Below are positions 11,615 through 24,027 of a stretch of 64,000 nt of DNA, in pieces. Each line of letters opens with the position of its first letter. Positions within the stretch are counted from its first letter, which is position 1. Source of the DNA: Felis catus (lineage: Eukaryota); NCBI RefSeq assembly GCF_018350175.1, contig NC_058373.1:117244001-117308000 (forward strand), in the 5' to 3' direction. The translations under genes and the position numbers were made by a program. The notes beneath the pieces are model-generated. The model saw only the letters and a list, made by a program, of their open reading frames with translations, did not search any database and was not told where the DNA came from.

Positions 11615-12330
11615 TAGGCTAACAAATATTGGTTGAACACCTACTGTGTGTCAGGTAGTACTAAAGCCACAGAGGATACAGCAGTTAATGGACCAGTATC
11701 AGCCCTAAGCAGTTTACATTCCATTCCAGGGTGGCTCAGCCAAGACACTGTTGATGCTCCTGGCTGGATACTTCCTGGCTGTGGGGATTGTTCTGTGCAT
11801 TGTAGAATGTCTAACAGCATTGCTGGCCTCTACCCACTGGATGCTAGTAGTCTTTCCTCACTCCTCTCCCAGTGGAGACAACCAAAAATGTCTTTAGATA
11901 TTGCCAGTTGCCCCCTGGAGGGCAAAGTCACCCCCAGTTGAGAGGTACCGTTTTAGACAGTAAGTCCCATTGACATACTTTTGGGCGCTAATAGGTGTCA
12001 CTGAGGGGGCACATGACCATGTTCAGGGTAATTAAGAAAGTCCTCCTTGTGAAGGATTGGCATTTGAGATGCAGCTTGCTCTTCAGAGCTTGGAGGTCAA
12101 AGTACTTGTGGCAGAAGGAAGAGCCAGCACCTAGGTCCTAGGTCAGAGCAAGCTTGGGATTTTAGAGAGCAGAAATGCCATGGGACTTGGAGCATGTGCA
12201 ACATGGGGAGAGGGTGGGGCCTCAACCTGGGTGGTTTTGTTACAGGAATCACGGCTTGGAGCCTGCATTTAACCCTGGCTACTCTGGGAAGTCATGGGAG
12301 AGGTTTGATCGGGGGAGCGACGAGAATTAT
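11615..12330 (-). mobile_element. L2 3' fragment, interrupted by MER20
   Basis: aacaaatattggttgaacacctactgtgtgtcagg...gaggatacagcagt is the antisense L2 3' end; decayed continuation follows the MER20. Confidence 0.65.
11727..11950 (+). mobile_element. MER20 hAT DNA transposon
   Basis: ctgtgcattgtagaatgtctaacagcattgctggcctctacccactggatgctagtag...acaaccaaaaatgtct...ccccagttgaga follows the MER20 consensus over its full length. Confidence 0.9.
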
Positions 12331-14249
12331 TCCTTAAAAGGACCATGCTGGTTGCTATCAGGTGGGTTGACAGATGCCTTACTGTCCTGCAATGCTGGGC
12401 ACTCTGCTTCCTCTGCCCAGTGACCTGTGGGGATCCATAGTAACCCTTACAGCTGCCTATTTCCATCTACCAGACTGATCAGCTAATGGTAGTTTTGGGT
12501 CTCTGTGTCTGACAGTGATTGAAATTGGATTTGAGAATATGGCCACTTTCATCACTGACATTTCTTAAATGCTGGCTACTTCGGTTTCTGGCCCTTCCTA
12601 CAAGTGCCAGGCCCCATGCTCACCCCCCTTTTAAAAACATACCTTCTGTAGCCTTTGGAGAACATCAACTTCTCACTAAGGCTGTAGTGGAGGGAACTCC
12701 ATAGATTTCGAGTTTGGGTGAAATACGAAAGTCTCCTGCCTGACTACTGCCCATGATACTAGTTTCATTTTGATCAGAAAGCCTTTGGGCTTCGGGCCAT
12801 CTACTCCCCTCCCTTCCCACACATACCCCATGGCTTCACGAGGTTTTACTCTTTACTGGTTTCAGGCCCCCATTTATATTTGAATTACACAAGCATGAGC
12901 ATTCACGCTCTTGACCCATAGAGGAGGCACTCTGTTTTTCCCGGGAAAATGGTTTACTTTCATTTTGGACACCATTTGGAATATACTTGGTTGTCTGGGT
13001 GGAGGCAGAAAAGTAGCCAGCAAGAAGAACCCAGCGAGAGGCAGTGGCGAGATATGGCCTCTGAAAGCCTGTGACAGTAGACCCGGGATTCAAAAACGTC
13101 TTCCTGTGGTCAGTCCAAGGTCAGTAGCTGCAGACACCACAATACGTAAGTTCTCGTGAGGCATTCGTTGTGTGACAAGCCAGCATGGCAATGATTTCCT
13201 AATAAAGACTATGAGACCTCGAGACAAGGTTAATTTCTTTTTAGCATTGCCTGCTAAGCAATGCAGGAAAATGTTTTACTTTTTAGTTACTCTTTAATTT
13301 AAAATGATTTTAAAAATGGAATGGTTTTGGCACTTAAAGAGTTACTTGGGGAAAAAAATCGATCCTCCAGAATGTTTCTCTACAGCTTACTTCTTTTCCA
13401 GATTTTCTTATTTGGCACAGATTTCAGTGGAATCTTCCAAAAGTCATTAATCCATTCTCTTGCTTCAGTGCATGTTTTCTTGATGGATATTATCTATTTT
13501 TCTGTTATGTTGTAAGGTTTCCAGGACACATAAAAGTTGGAGGATATATGGTCGATGCAAACTAATTCTAAAGAGTAATGAGATTGATTTCAAGGGGCAC
13601 TTTAAAGAATACAAATGCCTTTCTTTCAGTTTTCCTGAGTGGATGTAAAAAGGAAGGGAAGGAACAGCATCTGAAGCTAAGGAAGGAAACATTTGAGGTG
13701 AAGAATCACTAAATAGGAGTCAGACGGAGCTTTTTAACACCGTGCCAGATAGCAGTTGCCTTAGACCATGGGCAAAAATGAGCACTTCAGGCACTTAAGA
13801 AGCATTTTTTTTTTTTTTCCTGGTAGATATTATTGGGCTTTGACAGGAAATCACACCCCGGTTGTCCTGAAACAAAATCAGCAGTAGTTTTCTATGGGCC
13901 ATTTGTACCAGTGGTAGTTTTGTGGGAGGCAAGATTTACAAAATTGACCATGCATCTGAAAGGTCATTGAGCGAAAGGCAAGCGTGTGAGTGAAGGTTCC
14001 ACGGATGCTCTTTAGGTTTTGCTCTTTCTGTGAACAGCCTGCATTTTCACTTCAGGAAAATAACAGTCATACACATACTCACAAATCACATTCAGCCAGT
14101 ATTGATTTTAGCATTGTATGAAAAAGGACCTTTCTTGATGCTGTATGTGAATCAAAGGAGAGAGGGAGAGGGGGAGACTGGCTGTCTCTGGCTCTCGCAA
14201 TTTAGAAGTGAGCGTATAGGTCCATGCACATGTAGCTATGATACTACAT

Positions 14250-14600
14250 GCCCGGATAACACGTGTGTTCTCGTGGACCCGGGAAAATATCCCAGGTTGG
14301 TAGAAGAGTGTAGATTTCAATGGGACCTTGGCAGGTGGGGTCAATAAGAATATTCCGGTGGCAGAGATAGCTAGGGTGAGGCACAGAGCTGGGTGTTGCC
14401 AGCTTTGTTTTGTGAGGACAATAGATTCCTGTGATTCCAGCAGTGAGGAAAGCAGAAGTATTGGAAATGGTCTTTCAGAAAGATCCAAACTGACCTCGAG
14501 AGCAATTGTAAAGGTCTTGCTGATGAATTTGTATTGTATTTTCCATGCAATGCAGGATCCGTTAGAAGAATTTGAATAGGAGATGATCATGGAGCATTTA
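14250..14600 (-). mobile_element. L2 fragment
   Basis: atattccggtggcagag...tattttccatgcaatgcaggatccgttagaagaatttgaataggaga resembles antisense L2. Confidence 0.5.
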
Positions 14601-14904
14601 GAAGACATAATTTAAGTATAAACTATGACATATTTTCCTTGAAACCGTTAAAGAACCATAGATTCTTAGAGCTAGAAGGGACATTAGTAAGTACCTCATG
14701 AAGTGGTTTTCCGATACAGTGGGCAACCCTTCCTTCAAATGACATCTTAGCAAATGCCTCATCTATAAGACAGAATGAAGAGCAGTTCTGGTGGAAACAT
14801 TATGGGAAGCGTCCTACATTTGCTCGTTTCTCTTCCCTTTGCCCCTCCGGCAATCCCCAAGCTACCTGCAGAGAAAGCTCACAATCGTGCCATTTTAAAG
14901 ATGA

Positions 14905-15420
14905 AGTTCCTCAAGAGAAATGACAACATGTTTACAAAAAGATGTGTATGGCAATGTGACTAGCAGCTTTATTTATAATAGCTGGAAACTCGACCGAACC
15001 CAAATATCTATCAATGGAAGCATAGATAAACAAACTGTGGGGTCCTCACACAGTGGGGAATACTATGCCATAGTGAAAGGAGCACCCTCCAGACACGCAT
15101 AACAACATGGATGAATTTCAGAAACATTAAGTGAGAGAACCACGCGTGACATCAAAGAATACACATTCTCTGATTCCATTTATGTGACATCCAAGACCTC
15201 TTAAAAAGAACGTATGGGGAAAGAAACTCGAAAGTGGTTGCCTGGGCAGCAGGGAGGAGGGCAGACTCAAAAGGGGTACAGGGGAGCCTTCTGGGGGGGT
15301 TGGAAATGTACTGTATCTTGTTTTGTGTGATGATTACATCTGTCTGTTCAGTTGTCAAGACTCATCAAACGAAACACCGAAGATGTACACATTCTCCCGC
15401 GTACGTTATACTTTAACTTA
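14905..15420 (+). mobile_element. Old L1 (L1MC/L1ME-like) 3' end
   Basis: gcagctttatttataatagc...gataaacaaactgtgg...catggatgaattt...attccatttat...gtggttgcctggg...aaatgtactgtatcttg. Confidence 0.8.
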
Positions 15421-15742
15421 CAGAAGCTGAGTTACCGACGACCTTAGACAGAAAGTTGCCCAGTTCCCATAGCCAGTTATGAGGAAGACTGGGGACTGGA
15501 TATTAGGTTTTCTGGATTCCTGGTCCGGTACTTGTCGTCATATCTTCTCCCTCAGACTCATGCATCCCATTGACCAACACAGCATCAACGCTGACTCACT
15601 ACCACCCGAAACTACCCCCACTAGCTCAAAAACTTCACTGCTGCTGAGAAATACTAACTTGTAGAGTTAATTAACTTGTAGAGAATAAATCTACAGTGCT
15701 GTAGAGCTTCTGAATCAGCTTCTAAAATCTTCCTACAGTAAT

Positions 15743-15946
15743 GGGGCGCCTGGGTGGCTCAGTCGGTTGAGCGTCCGACTTCGGCTCAGGTCATGGGCTC
15801 AACAGTTCGTGGGTTCGAGCCCCACATTGGCCGTTGGCGCAGAGCCTGGGGCCTGTTTCACATTCTGTGTCTCCCTCTCTCTGCCCCTTCCCTGCTCGTG
15901 TTCTGTCTCTCAAAAATGAATAAACATTAAAAAAAATTCTTTTTTT
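15743..15946 (+). mobile_element. CAN-SINE
   Basis: ggggcgcctgggtggctcagtcggttgagcgtccgact...; flanked by aaat(c/t)ttcctacag. Confidence 0.95.
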
Positions 15947-16606
15947 AAATTTTCCTACAGGGAGGCCAAAACTGGCAAACACAGCCGCACTTTTCACACA
16001 CTGTGCTTCGTGTATTTGTATTGCCGACTCATTGAGAAACAGTGCTCTATTCCATAGCCATGGGGGCCTTGTGTGACTTAGCCATGTTAATGCTAGATGG
16101 AAATACGGCAAGGGAGAAGACACTGGTGGCTTCCGTTGTAAACCTGTGAACACTCACTGGTGGCATGTCAGCTCTCGAGATACACCTGTTGTTGCATAGC
16201 CTAGAGGCTCACCTGCACAGATGAGTTGAACTGTAGTTCCACTCCATTTAGTGGTCACCAGTGGAGTGCCACACGCTGCTATGTTGTTTGGCCTGTATGT
16301 TAAGAGTATCATTGCAGGAGAAGGGGGGAGGTAGTGGGAGTTCATAACCTTCTTGCTCATGGAAGCACTGGACGGCAGAGCAGCACCCTTGACTTAATGA
16401 CTGATCTACAGGAGGGTCTAGCTCTTTTATCCTCCTGCGGCTTTTGCTCATAGTCTCTCTGCCTGGAGTGTGCCGGGGGTGCGTTGCCCGTCCGAAGGGT
16501 CACACGTATGCCTGTATTCCTCAGTCTATGGAGAACGTTTCAAGGACTGGGACTGTGTCTTTGTCTTTGTGTTCCCAGTATCCACAACAGTGCCTTAATC
16601 TGGAAA

Positions 16607-16830
16607 GATGGATCTTAACTGGGAGCTGTTTTCCCCCGTTGCTCCAGGGAACATTTTGCAATGTCTGGACCCGTTTTTCAATGCCGGGACCTAGGGGCAG
16701 GGGGTACCTAGCATTTAGTGGGTAGAAGCCAGGGGTGCTGCTAATCATTCTATAGTGCACAGGACAGCTCTCCACAATAAAAAAGGTACCCAGCCCCAAA
16801 TGGCAAGGGTGCTAAGGTTGAGATATCCTA
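16607..16830 (-). mobile_element. MER20 hAT DNA transposon
   Basis: gcaatgtctgga...tagtgggtagaagccaggggtgctgctaatcattctatagtgcacaggacagc...gtgctaaggttgaga is reverse-complement MER20. Confidence 0.88.
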
Positions 16831-17669
16831 ACCTAGAATATACTTTATTGTAATAAGAGGTCAACAACATCATGAAATTGCTCACTCGGGGTCGGGGCCA
16901 ATACGTTCCAATGTTATGATGAGTCTCTCGGCTTCTGTTACCACTCTTGATTCTCTGGGCATTGAAGTCCAGCTGCTTAATTAGAGGGGCAGAGATGTCT
17001 GACTGAGTCAGGTAGCCATCAGCCAAATTGGAATCACCTTTGGCTGAGTTTGAATCCGTCTGTCTTTTAAGCCAGTGTTGCCTTAACTTAGCTTTGGGTG
17101 TCTCATCCCTTCATCTGTAGCCAGGACAACAGGGGTCCTTGGCACAGATCTGCCTGCTTTGCTTAAAAGAGGTCTATGCGGGTGGGAAATGAACTCAGAT
17201 TAAATTTATTCACCCAAGGCCACACAACAAGTATGTTTTGGAGCCACATTCAAATCCAGGATGTTTCCTTTCTAGTTTTCTTGGACTTTATTAAATGTTC
17301 CTGCCTTTCCCTGGTAAAATTGATTTCCCCTTGTCACCAATTCTCTAGGAATCTTGGTCCAGGGCTTCGGCTCTTCAATCAGTACAGGGACATCACTCTG
17401 TGATGAATCATAGTTTCACCTTCTGTCCTAAAACTGAGTTAGGCCAGCACTCCAGGTTCTACTTTCTTTATGGTCACTCTGTACACTTCACAAGAATCTT
17501 TCTTTGGTTTATGGTAAAAATTGAAATGTAGAAAAAAGTGGACTGAAATGAAAGACCAAACATTTTCAGTTAGGTTACTAATTAACTCTGTGACCGAGGG
17601 CAAGCCACTTATAAATCAGTCATCTTTAAAATGCTAAGACTCATTCTAGATCTCAAAACTTATGATCAT

Positions 17670-18377
17670 GTGTGGAGCAAGGGGAACCCTCTTGCACTGT
17701 TGGTGGGAATGCAAACTGGTCCAGCTACTCTGGAGAATAGTATGGAAGGTCCTCAGAAAGTTAAAAATAAAAACCCTATGAGCCAGCAATTACACTGCTA
17801 GGTATTTACCCAAAGAATATAGAACTACAGATTCAAAGGGGTTTATGCACCCCAATATTTATAGCAGCATTATCAACAATAGCCAAACTGTGGAGAGAGC
17901 TCAAATATCTACTACTGATGAATAAAGAAAGTGTGGGGTATGTATGTATGTGTATGTATGTATGTATGTATGTATGTATATAAAAATATTATTCAGCTGT
18001 TGAAAAGAATGAAATCTTGCCATTTGCAGTGACACGGTTGGAACTAGAATGTATTATGCTAAGCTAAATAAGTCAGTCAGAGAAAGACAAATACCATATG
18101 ATTTCACTCGTATGTGGAATTTAAGAAACAAAACAGATGAACATACGGAGAGGGAAACAAACCACAAGAGACTGTTAACCATGGAGAATAAAATGAAGAT
18201 TGATGGAAGAAGGTGAGTGGGGGATGGGCTAGACGGGTGATCGTTATCAAGGGGGGCACTTGTTGGGATGAGCACTGGGTGTTGTATGTAAGTGATGAAT
18301 CACTAAATTCTACTCCTGAAATCAATATTGCACTGTATATTACCTAACTAGAAATTAAGTAAAAATTTGAAAAGAAA
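17670..18377 (+). mobile_element. 5'-truncated carnivore L1 (ORF2 end and 3' UTR)
   Basis: ggggaaccctcttgcactgttggtgggaatgcaaactgg...aatgaaatcttgccatttgca...A tail; TSD aaaa(c/a)ttatgatcat; internal (TATG)n. Confidence 0.93.
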
Positions 18378-18511
18378 AAAAATTATGATCATAGGGTTGG
18401 GGTTCTTTTTTACTATAACATATCTATTTTTCTTGGCTTAAACCTGCAATACTCAACAGCTTATCATGTAGGAAAGAACTGATCTAAAGTAGAAGAGGCA
18501 AGATTTGATTT

Positions 18512-18760
18512 TTCCTTAATTTTAAATTTTATTTAAATCCAATTTAGTTAACATATAGTATAATAATAATTTGAGAAGTAGAATTCAGTGATTCATCACT
18601 TACATAGAACACCCGGTGCTCATCCCAGCAAGTGCCCTCCTTAATGCCCATCCCCCATCCAGACCATCCCCCCACCCAACACCCCTCCAGCAACCCTCAG
18701 TTTGCTCTCTGTATTTAAGAGTCTCTAATGGTTTGCCTCCCTCTCTCTTTTTGTCTTATT
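18512..18760 (-). mobile_element. Carnivore L1 3' end
   Basis: gattcatcacttacatagaacacccggtgctcatcccagcaagtgccctccttaatgcccatc. Confidence 0.9.
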
Positions 18761-20459
18761 TGATGTAATTGGTAGATACTGTGAAAAATGGTTTTAGACT
18801 CTGAGTGTGGATTGAAATGCTCCTTGTTTCCCTAAGAGGACTCAGTTTCTCAGATAGTCTCTGCCTCAATTTCCACATGTGTTATTTCAATGCGTGGACT
18901 AAACACAGAGCATAGTCATACATGACGTGATCATAATGCAAGTCATAGCCGGTACTTGGGAAACCTGTGGCCAAAATCAAACTTAGAATCAGGTATATTA
19001 GGAGCCACCTTCCGTTCCTGTGATGAGAAAGTATTTGTCATGCTCAAAAGCTAATAAGAGGGTTCCCCAAAATAACAGACCCAACATTGAATTTTAAACG
19101 GTGCGATTTTCAAAAATTTGACCTGTACAAAATCTTTCACAAAACACCTTATGTAGAACAAGGGTGGTGCGTGTTTAGTGAGAAATAATATTCCTCTAAA
19201 CTTGGAAAAACGTTCTGAAGCTTCAGATGAAAAACATGGAAATGCCCCCTCTTCCTGACTCTGTAACAAACGTCCCCGGTCCCCGGTCTACTCGAGGACT
19301 GACTTTATCCCCAACTGACCAGAGCTGGATTACTCTGGATAATGACTGAAATGATCCCAAAATACCAATACGTAACAGACTATACAGAGGCACAGTATAT
19401 AGTAACCACTTAAAACTTCCCTTTAAACTACTGACGGAAACACTAATTAAGATCTGAAATGGAAGCAAAGTAACACAATCCTTGTCATGTCCTGCAGCAT
19501 GAGTGTGGAACTAGGTTCTTTCACCTACTACGGTATCATCACAAAGCAAGCATCGAATGTCTTTGCTGCTACAGTCTCCTTTGCTTTATTATGCTGTTTA
19601 TTTCATGGGAAGTCTCAATATTAGTTATAAAAATGTCTGTGTCTGCAGCTGCATTTTTTCATCTCATAAACTCGCAGGGATCTCATCAATTCAACGTGCT
19701 TTGTAAGGTTTGCCGCAAACCACTACAGGCAAGGAGAGGCTTAATCAAAGTTTCTTCTTCATAATGAACGTGACACACAGAAAAAGCATAGCAACGAACG
19801 AGCCTGTGATTGTAGGTAAAGACTCATTATATGAAAGTCTATATTTAAATTAAGAGCTTGGGAATAGGATTCTTCAGTGTGCAAGAAAAATCACCCTAGG
19901 ATGCCTACAAATAGTGTATCCTAGGCATTTGAATAGAATTTAATCTATAAACAGTTTACCCTAGGTTTTAAGCAATTCGTTGCTGGGGGAAAAACAAACC
20001 TGGGTTCTTTAAAATAGCAAAGTATTTGCAGTAACTGAACATTATTATAGCTGCAGAAATCCAAAGATAATTTTCTTTTGTATAATTTTTGAATTATAAA
20101 TTGTTTATCTTTCCTTAATAACTTTTACTATAGACAGAGCTCCTTTTTTTTTTTTTTTTTTGTTCTGTTTACATAAAAGTGTCTGGAATGATTCAGTGAC
20201 ACAGATGTTGGAAATTAAGGACTCAGTTCAGACTGAAGCTTTTTATCCTCACCTGCCCCCCCCATGCTTTTATCCAGCACTAATTAATGTAAAGGTCAAA
20301 AGTCAGACAAAATGATGTGAAAAGGGAAGGTGGCAGCACTGGGGACCAGAATGAGGCCGTTGTATATAATGGAGAGACACCAGTTGACATTTTTCATGAT
20401 AATCATTTTAAAGGGTTCTCTTTTGCTAGTCAACAAATACAAAATATGTGAACCTCCTC

Positions 20460-20542
20460 CAGTTGTAATAGACTTTACAGTTTGTAAATGGAGTTAGAAA
20501 GAGTTTGTAACAGAGTTACAACAGTTTGTAATAGAGTTAGAG
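20460..20542 (+). repeat. Degenerate ~21-bp tandem repeat
   Basis: Three to four units of agtttgtaa(t/c)agagtta. Confidence 0.7.
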
Positions 20543-20899
20543 TTCCACCTTTTCTTTCCAAATAGCCGGAGAGGACAGTCTTTGCTGGCGGCCCGAAGCC
20601 CAGTCACTCATAACACCCGGGGAAGGCTAGCAATGCCTGGATTCGAAGGGTGGCATCAAAAAGGAGATTGTACCACCCCCCAGGTGCTGAACAGAGCTCT
20701 CCTAGACTGTGGTAACCTGCTGGCAGGGTGATGACTGTGTACTTTATGCCAGCTCAGTTGTGCCATAGAAATGCTAAATCACCGGTTTTATGTAGTAGAT
20801 TTGGGTTGGCAGAATTGCAAAGGTGAGTGCCAAGCCTGTGCCGATTGCCTCCTTTCCTCTCCCAGCTGCTCAGGTCCCCTTCCATCCCCCTTCCAAGTA

Positions 20900-21665
20900 C
20901 AATAGACAGTTTTCCAAAGGAGACATCCAGATGGCTTACAGACACATGACAAGATGCTCAACATCGCTCATCGTCAGGGAAATGCAAATCAAAACCACAA
21001 TGAGATACCACCTCACGCCTTTCAGAGTGGCTGACGTTTACAACACAAGAAACAACAGGTGTTGGCGAGGATGAGGAGAAAGGGGAACCCTCTTGCACTG
21101 TTGGTCGCAATGCAAACCGGTGCAGCCACTCTGGAGAATAGCGTGGAAGTTCCTCAGAACGTTCAAAATAGAACTACCCTATGATCCAGCAATGACGCTA
21201 CTAGGTATTTACCCAAAGGATACAAAAATATAGCTTCAAAGGGGTACGTGCACCCCAATGTTTATAGCAGCATTATCACTACTAGCACACTATGGTGAGA
21301 ACCCAAATGTCCACTGACTGATGAATGGATAAAGAAGGTGTGATGCACACATGCACACACACACACAATGGAATATAACTCAACCATCGGGAAAGAATGA
21401 AATCTTGCCATTTGCAATGACATGGATGGAGCTAGAATGTATTAAGCTAAGCGAAATAAGTCAATCAGAGAAGGACACATACTATGTGATTTTGTTCCAC
21501 AAGAGACTCTTAACGGTAGAGAAAAAACCATGGGTTGATGGAAGGAGGCGGGCACCCTGGAGGGCACTTGTTGGGATGAGCACTGGGTGTCGTATGTAAA
21601 TGATGAATCACTGAATTCTCCTCCTGAAACCCGTGTATGTTAATTAAAATTTAAACTAAAAAATA
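20900..21665 (+). mobile_element. Carnivore L1 fragment, ORF2 C-terminus and internally deleted 3' UTR
   Basis: Translates [40 protein letters not shown]...NNRCWRG, the L1 ORF2p C-terminal region. Confidence 0.95.
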
Positions 21666-22079
21666 TAATAGCTAATCTTCTGCCCAGTAAGTATAGTGAA
21701 CAAATGGGATCCAGAGACGTCTGATACACTTTTTGGAGAAGTTTGGGGTGAGACTCTTTCTTTTAGTTTCCCCTTCAGAGAGAAGTCCTCATTTTCCTCA
21801 CACGTTCATTCGTCTGCAGTTAGTAGAGATTTGTGGAAGGTGTGCCAGAGAGGGGTTGCCTTGGTGGGGTTGGCTGACCTCCTAGCCGGGATCGCCGGGC
21901 AGTGAAGTGGCCAGCCTCTGGCAGCCTGTCGGGTGAGGGAGAAGGCCGCTGTGTGGTCGTGTGGATCGTAGGCACACGGGAACATTCCCGTCTCCAGGCG
22001 CTGGATCCGGAGCACAGAAGCTATGCAATCAGATGCGCCGTGTCCGGTCATAGCTGTCTTGTGCCTTCGCCTTCTTGGC

Positions 22080-22102
22080 GGGGGGGGGGGGGGGGGGGGG
22101 GG
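22080..22102 (+). repeat. G23 homopolymer
   Basis: Uninterrupted G run. Confidence 0.95.
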
Positions 22103-22814
22103 TGGTGGTGTCCCCCTGCTCACATAGTGTTGACGGTGATGGCCTTGCGTCCTGCTGGTTAGTCCTTGGGCATCGGGAGCATTTTTGTCTCCTTGTGTAT
22201 TTGCTCAGGTGATACCTTCGAATGCATTCAGGCCTTTTGGGTGGACGTGATTTAGGTGATTCTTCCTCAGAAAATAGAAGCACCTGCGTTCTCCATTTTG
22301 CACGTGGTGATCTTTAAATCAGGGCGTTGGAAGCGGCTGACTCTGTGTAGCCAATTCCGTGAGGCTGTCTTGATTAGGAGGACATTTGACTTGGATGGGC
22401 TAATGGGGCTGAATCAATAAGGAAAACACAGTTTCTGCTTGCCTGCCTTTTAAATGACTAAGAAATGCACGTAACGATTCCCCCCATTACTCCATTTAAG
22501 CCCCCACTTCTGATGCCACACCACATTTTTTCTCATCCTGTCTCTCAGCGTTAGCCCATCCCACAGTGAGTGGGTAGAGGGGAGTCATGAGGTAGGAGGT
22601 GCATACGTGGATTATTCATTACTTAGGAGAGAAAAAGCTGATGCTTGCTTTTTTTTTTTTTAACTTTTATTAAAAAGTTCCCAAGTCAACAGAACAGTAT
22701 TAAAATTGTCTTATCAGAATGCCCTATTCTTTTGCATTTTCCTAGTTAAGGAGACTGCCATGAACTCTGGGGCCTGCCTAGGTGAGGGTCTTGAAAATAT
22801 GATTAAAGATTAAA

Positions 22815-23021
22815 TATTTGTTTACTGTTTTTGAGAGAGAGAGAGAGACAGAGAGAGAGCGAGTGGAGGAGGAGCAGAGAGAGTGAGACAGAATTCTAAG
22901 CAGCCTCCAAGCTGTCAGGGCAGAGCCGTACGTGGGGGCTCGAACCCACAAACCCTAAGATCATGACCTGAGCCAAAACCAAGAGTTGGATGCTTAACCG
23001 ACTGAGCCACCCAGGCACCCC
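22815..23021 (-). mobile_element. CAN-SINE
   Basis: TSD gaaa(a/g)t(a/g)tgattaaagattaaa at 22793-22814 and 23022-23043. Confidence 0.93.
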
Positions 23022-23049
23022 GAAAGTGTGATTAAAGATTAAAGTGATC

Positions 23050-23280
23050 GGGGCGCCTGGGTGGCGCAGTCTTTTAAGCGTCCGACTTCAGCCAGGTCAC
23101 GATCTCGCGGTCCGTGAGTTCGAGCCCCGCGTCGGGCTCTGGGCTGATGGCTCAGAGCCTGGAGCCTGTTTCCGATTCTGTGTCTCCCTCTCTCTCTGCC
23201 CCTCCCCCGTTCATGCTCTGTCTCTCTCTGTCCCAAAAATAAATAAACGTTGGGAAAAAAAAAAAAAAACCTCTTTAAAT
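23050..23280 (+). mobile_element. Young feline CAN-SINE
   Basis: Near-consensus; TSD aaagattaaagtgat at 23034-23048 and 23281-23295. Confidence 0.96.
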
Positions 23281-23576
23281 AAAGATTAAAGTGATTATAG
23301 TGAAAGTAATAAAAACAGGAAAAAAAAATACCTTGGATATAAACCTATTAAGCCACCTTTAGAATGGTGAATGAAAATGACAGTATTACAAAAAAATGTT
23401 AGAATTGTTGGCTTTACTTTGAAATTAGTATGTAAAGGAACATTTTATTTATTACACTAATGCTTCATCCTTAATTTTTAAAATTATGAGATTTATATCC
23501 TCTAAGTACAGCCTGAGTACATTTTAATATTTAGTTGTTAAGTTTTTTCTTAAACTACGATTTAAAAACAAGTCAT

Positions 23577-23685
23577 GGCGTGCCTGGGATTTCTCTCTCC
23601 CTCTCTGTCTGTCCCTTCCCTGCCCATGTTCTCTCTCTCGCTCCCTCCCTCTCAAAATAAATAAGTAAACTTTAAAAAAAATAAT
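23577..23685 (+). mobile_element. Internally deleted or 5'-truncated CAN-SINE
   Basis: ggcgtgcctggg joined directly to the CT tract and aaaataaataagtaaac tail; TSD aaaaacaagtcat. Confidence 0.85.
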
Positions 23686-24027
23686 AAAAACAAGTCATAA
23701 TTCTTAAACTGGGTTTCATTATTTTGGGAACCGACAGTGTTTTCCAGTAGAACATATTAAAGGTTTAAAAATGTGAGGTAATGAAAAAAGAGTATTCATG
23801 TCAAAATTTTCGCCGAGTTCCAGCATAGGACATAATTGGCCATAACTGTAAAAAATGTTTAAATTTTGAGGTTATTGTAGAGTCACATGCAGTTGTGAAA
23901 AATAATACAAAGAGATCCTGTATTTCTCTTTCCCTTGTTCTTCCTCCCCACCCTCTGGTAACATCTTATAAAACTATAGCATGATATCGCAACCAGGTTA
24001 TTGACATTAATACAGAACAGTTCCATT

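Noticed and set aside
14108..14608. 166-aa minus-strand ORF
   Set aside because: Overlaps a decayed L2; no recognisable domain or splice context
15655..15683. taacttgtagag direct repeat with 5-bp spacer
   Set aside because: Small local duplication with no further structure
15743..15820. tRNA-like A/B boxes as tRNA genes (all SINE heads)
   Set aside because: tRNA-derived CAN-SINE heads followed by CT tract and tail; not tRNA genes
11727..16830. Two inverted MER20 copies as ends of a composite transposon
   Set aside because: Each is a complete element next to its own L2 fragment; no shared TSD or transposase
20460..20542. Repeat-spacer (CRISPR-like) array
   Set aside because: Units abut without unique spacers; mammalian DNA with no cas genes
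20823..21074. 83-aa ORF as a host gene
   Set aside because: L1 ORF2p C-terminal remnant
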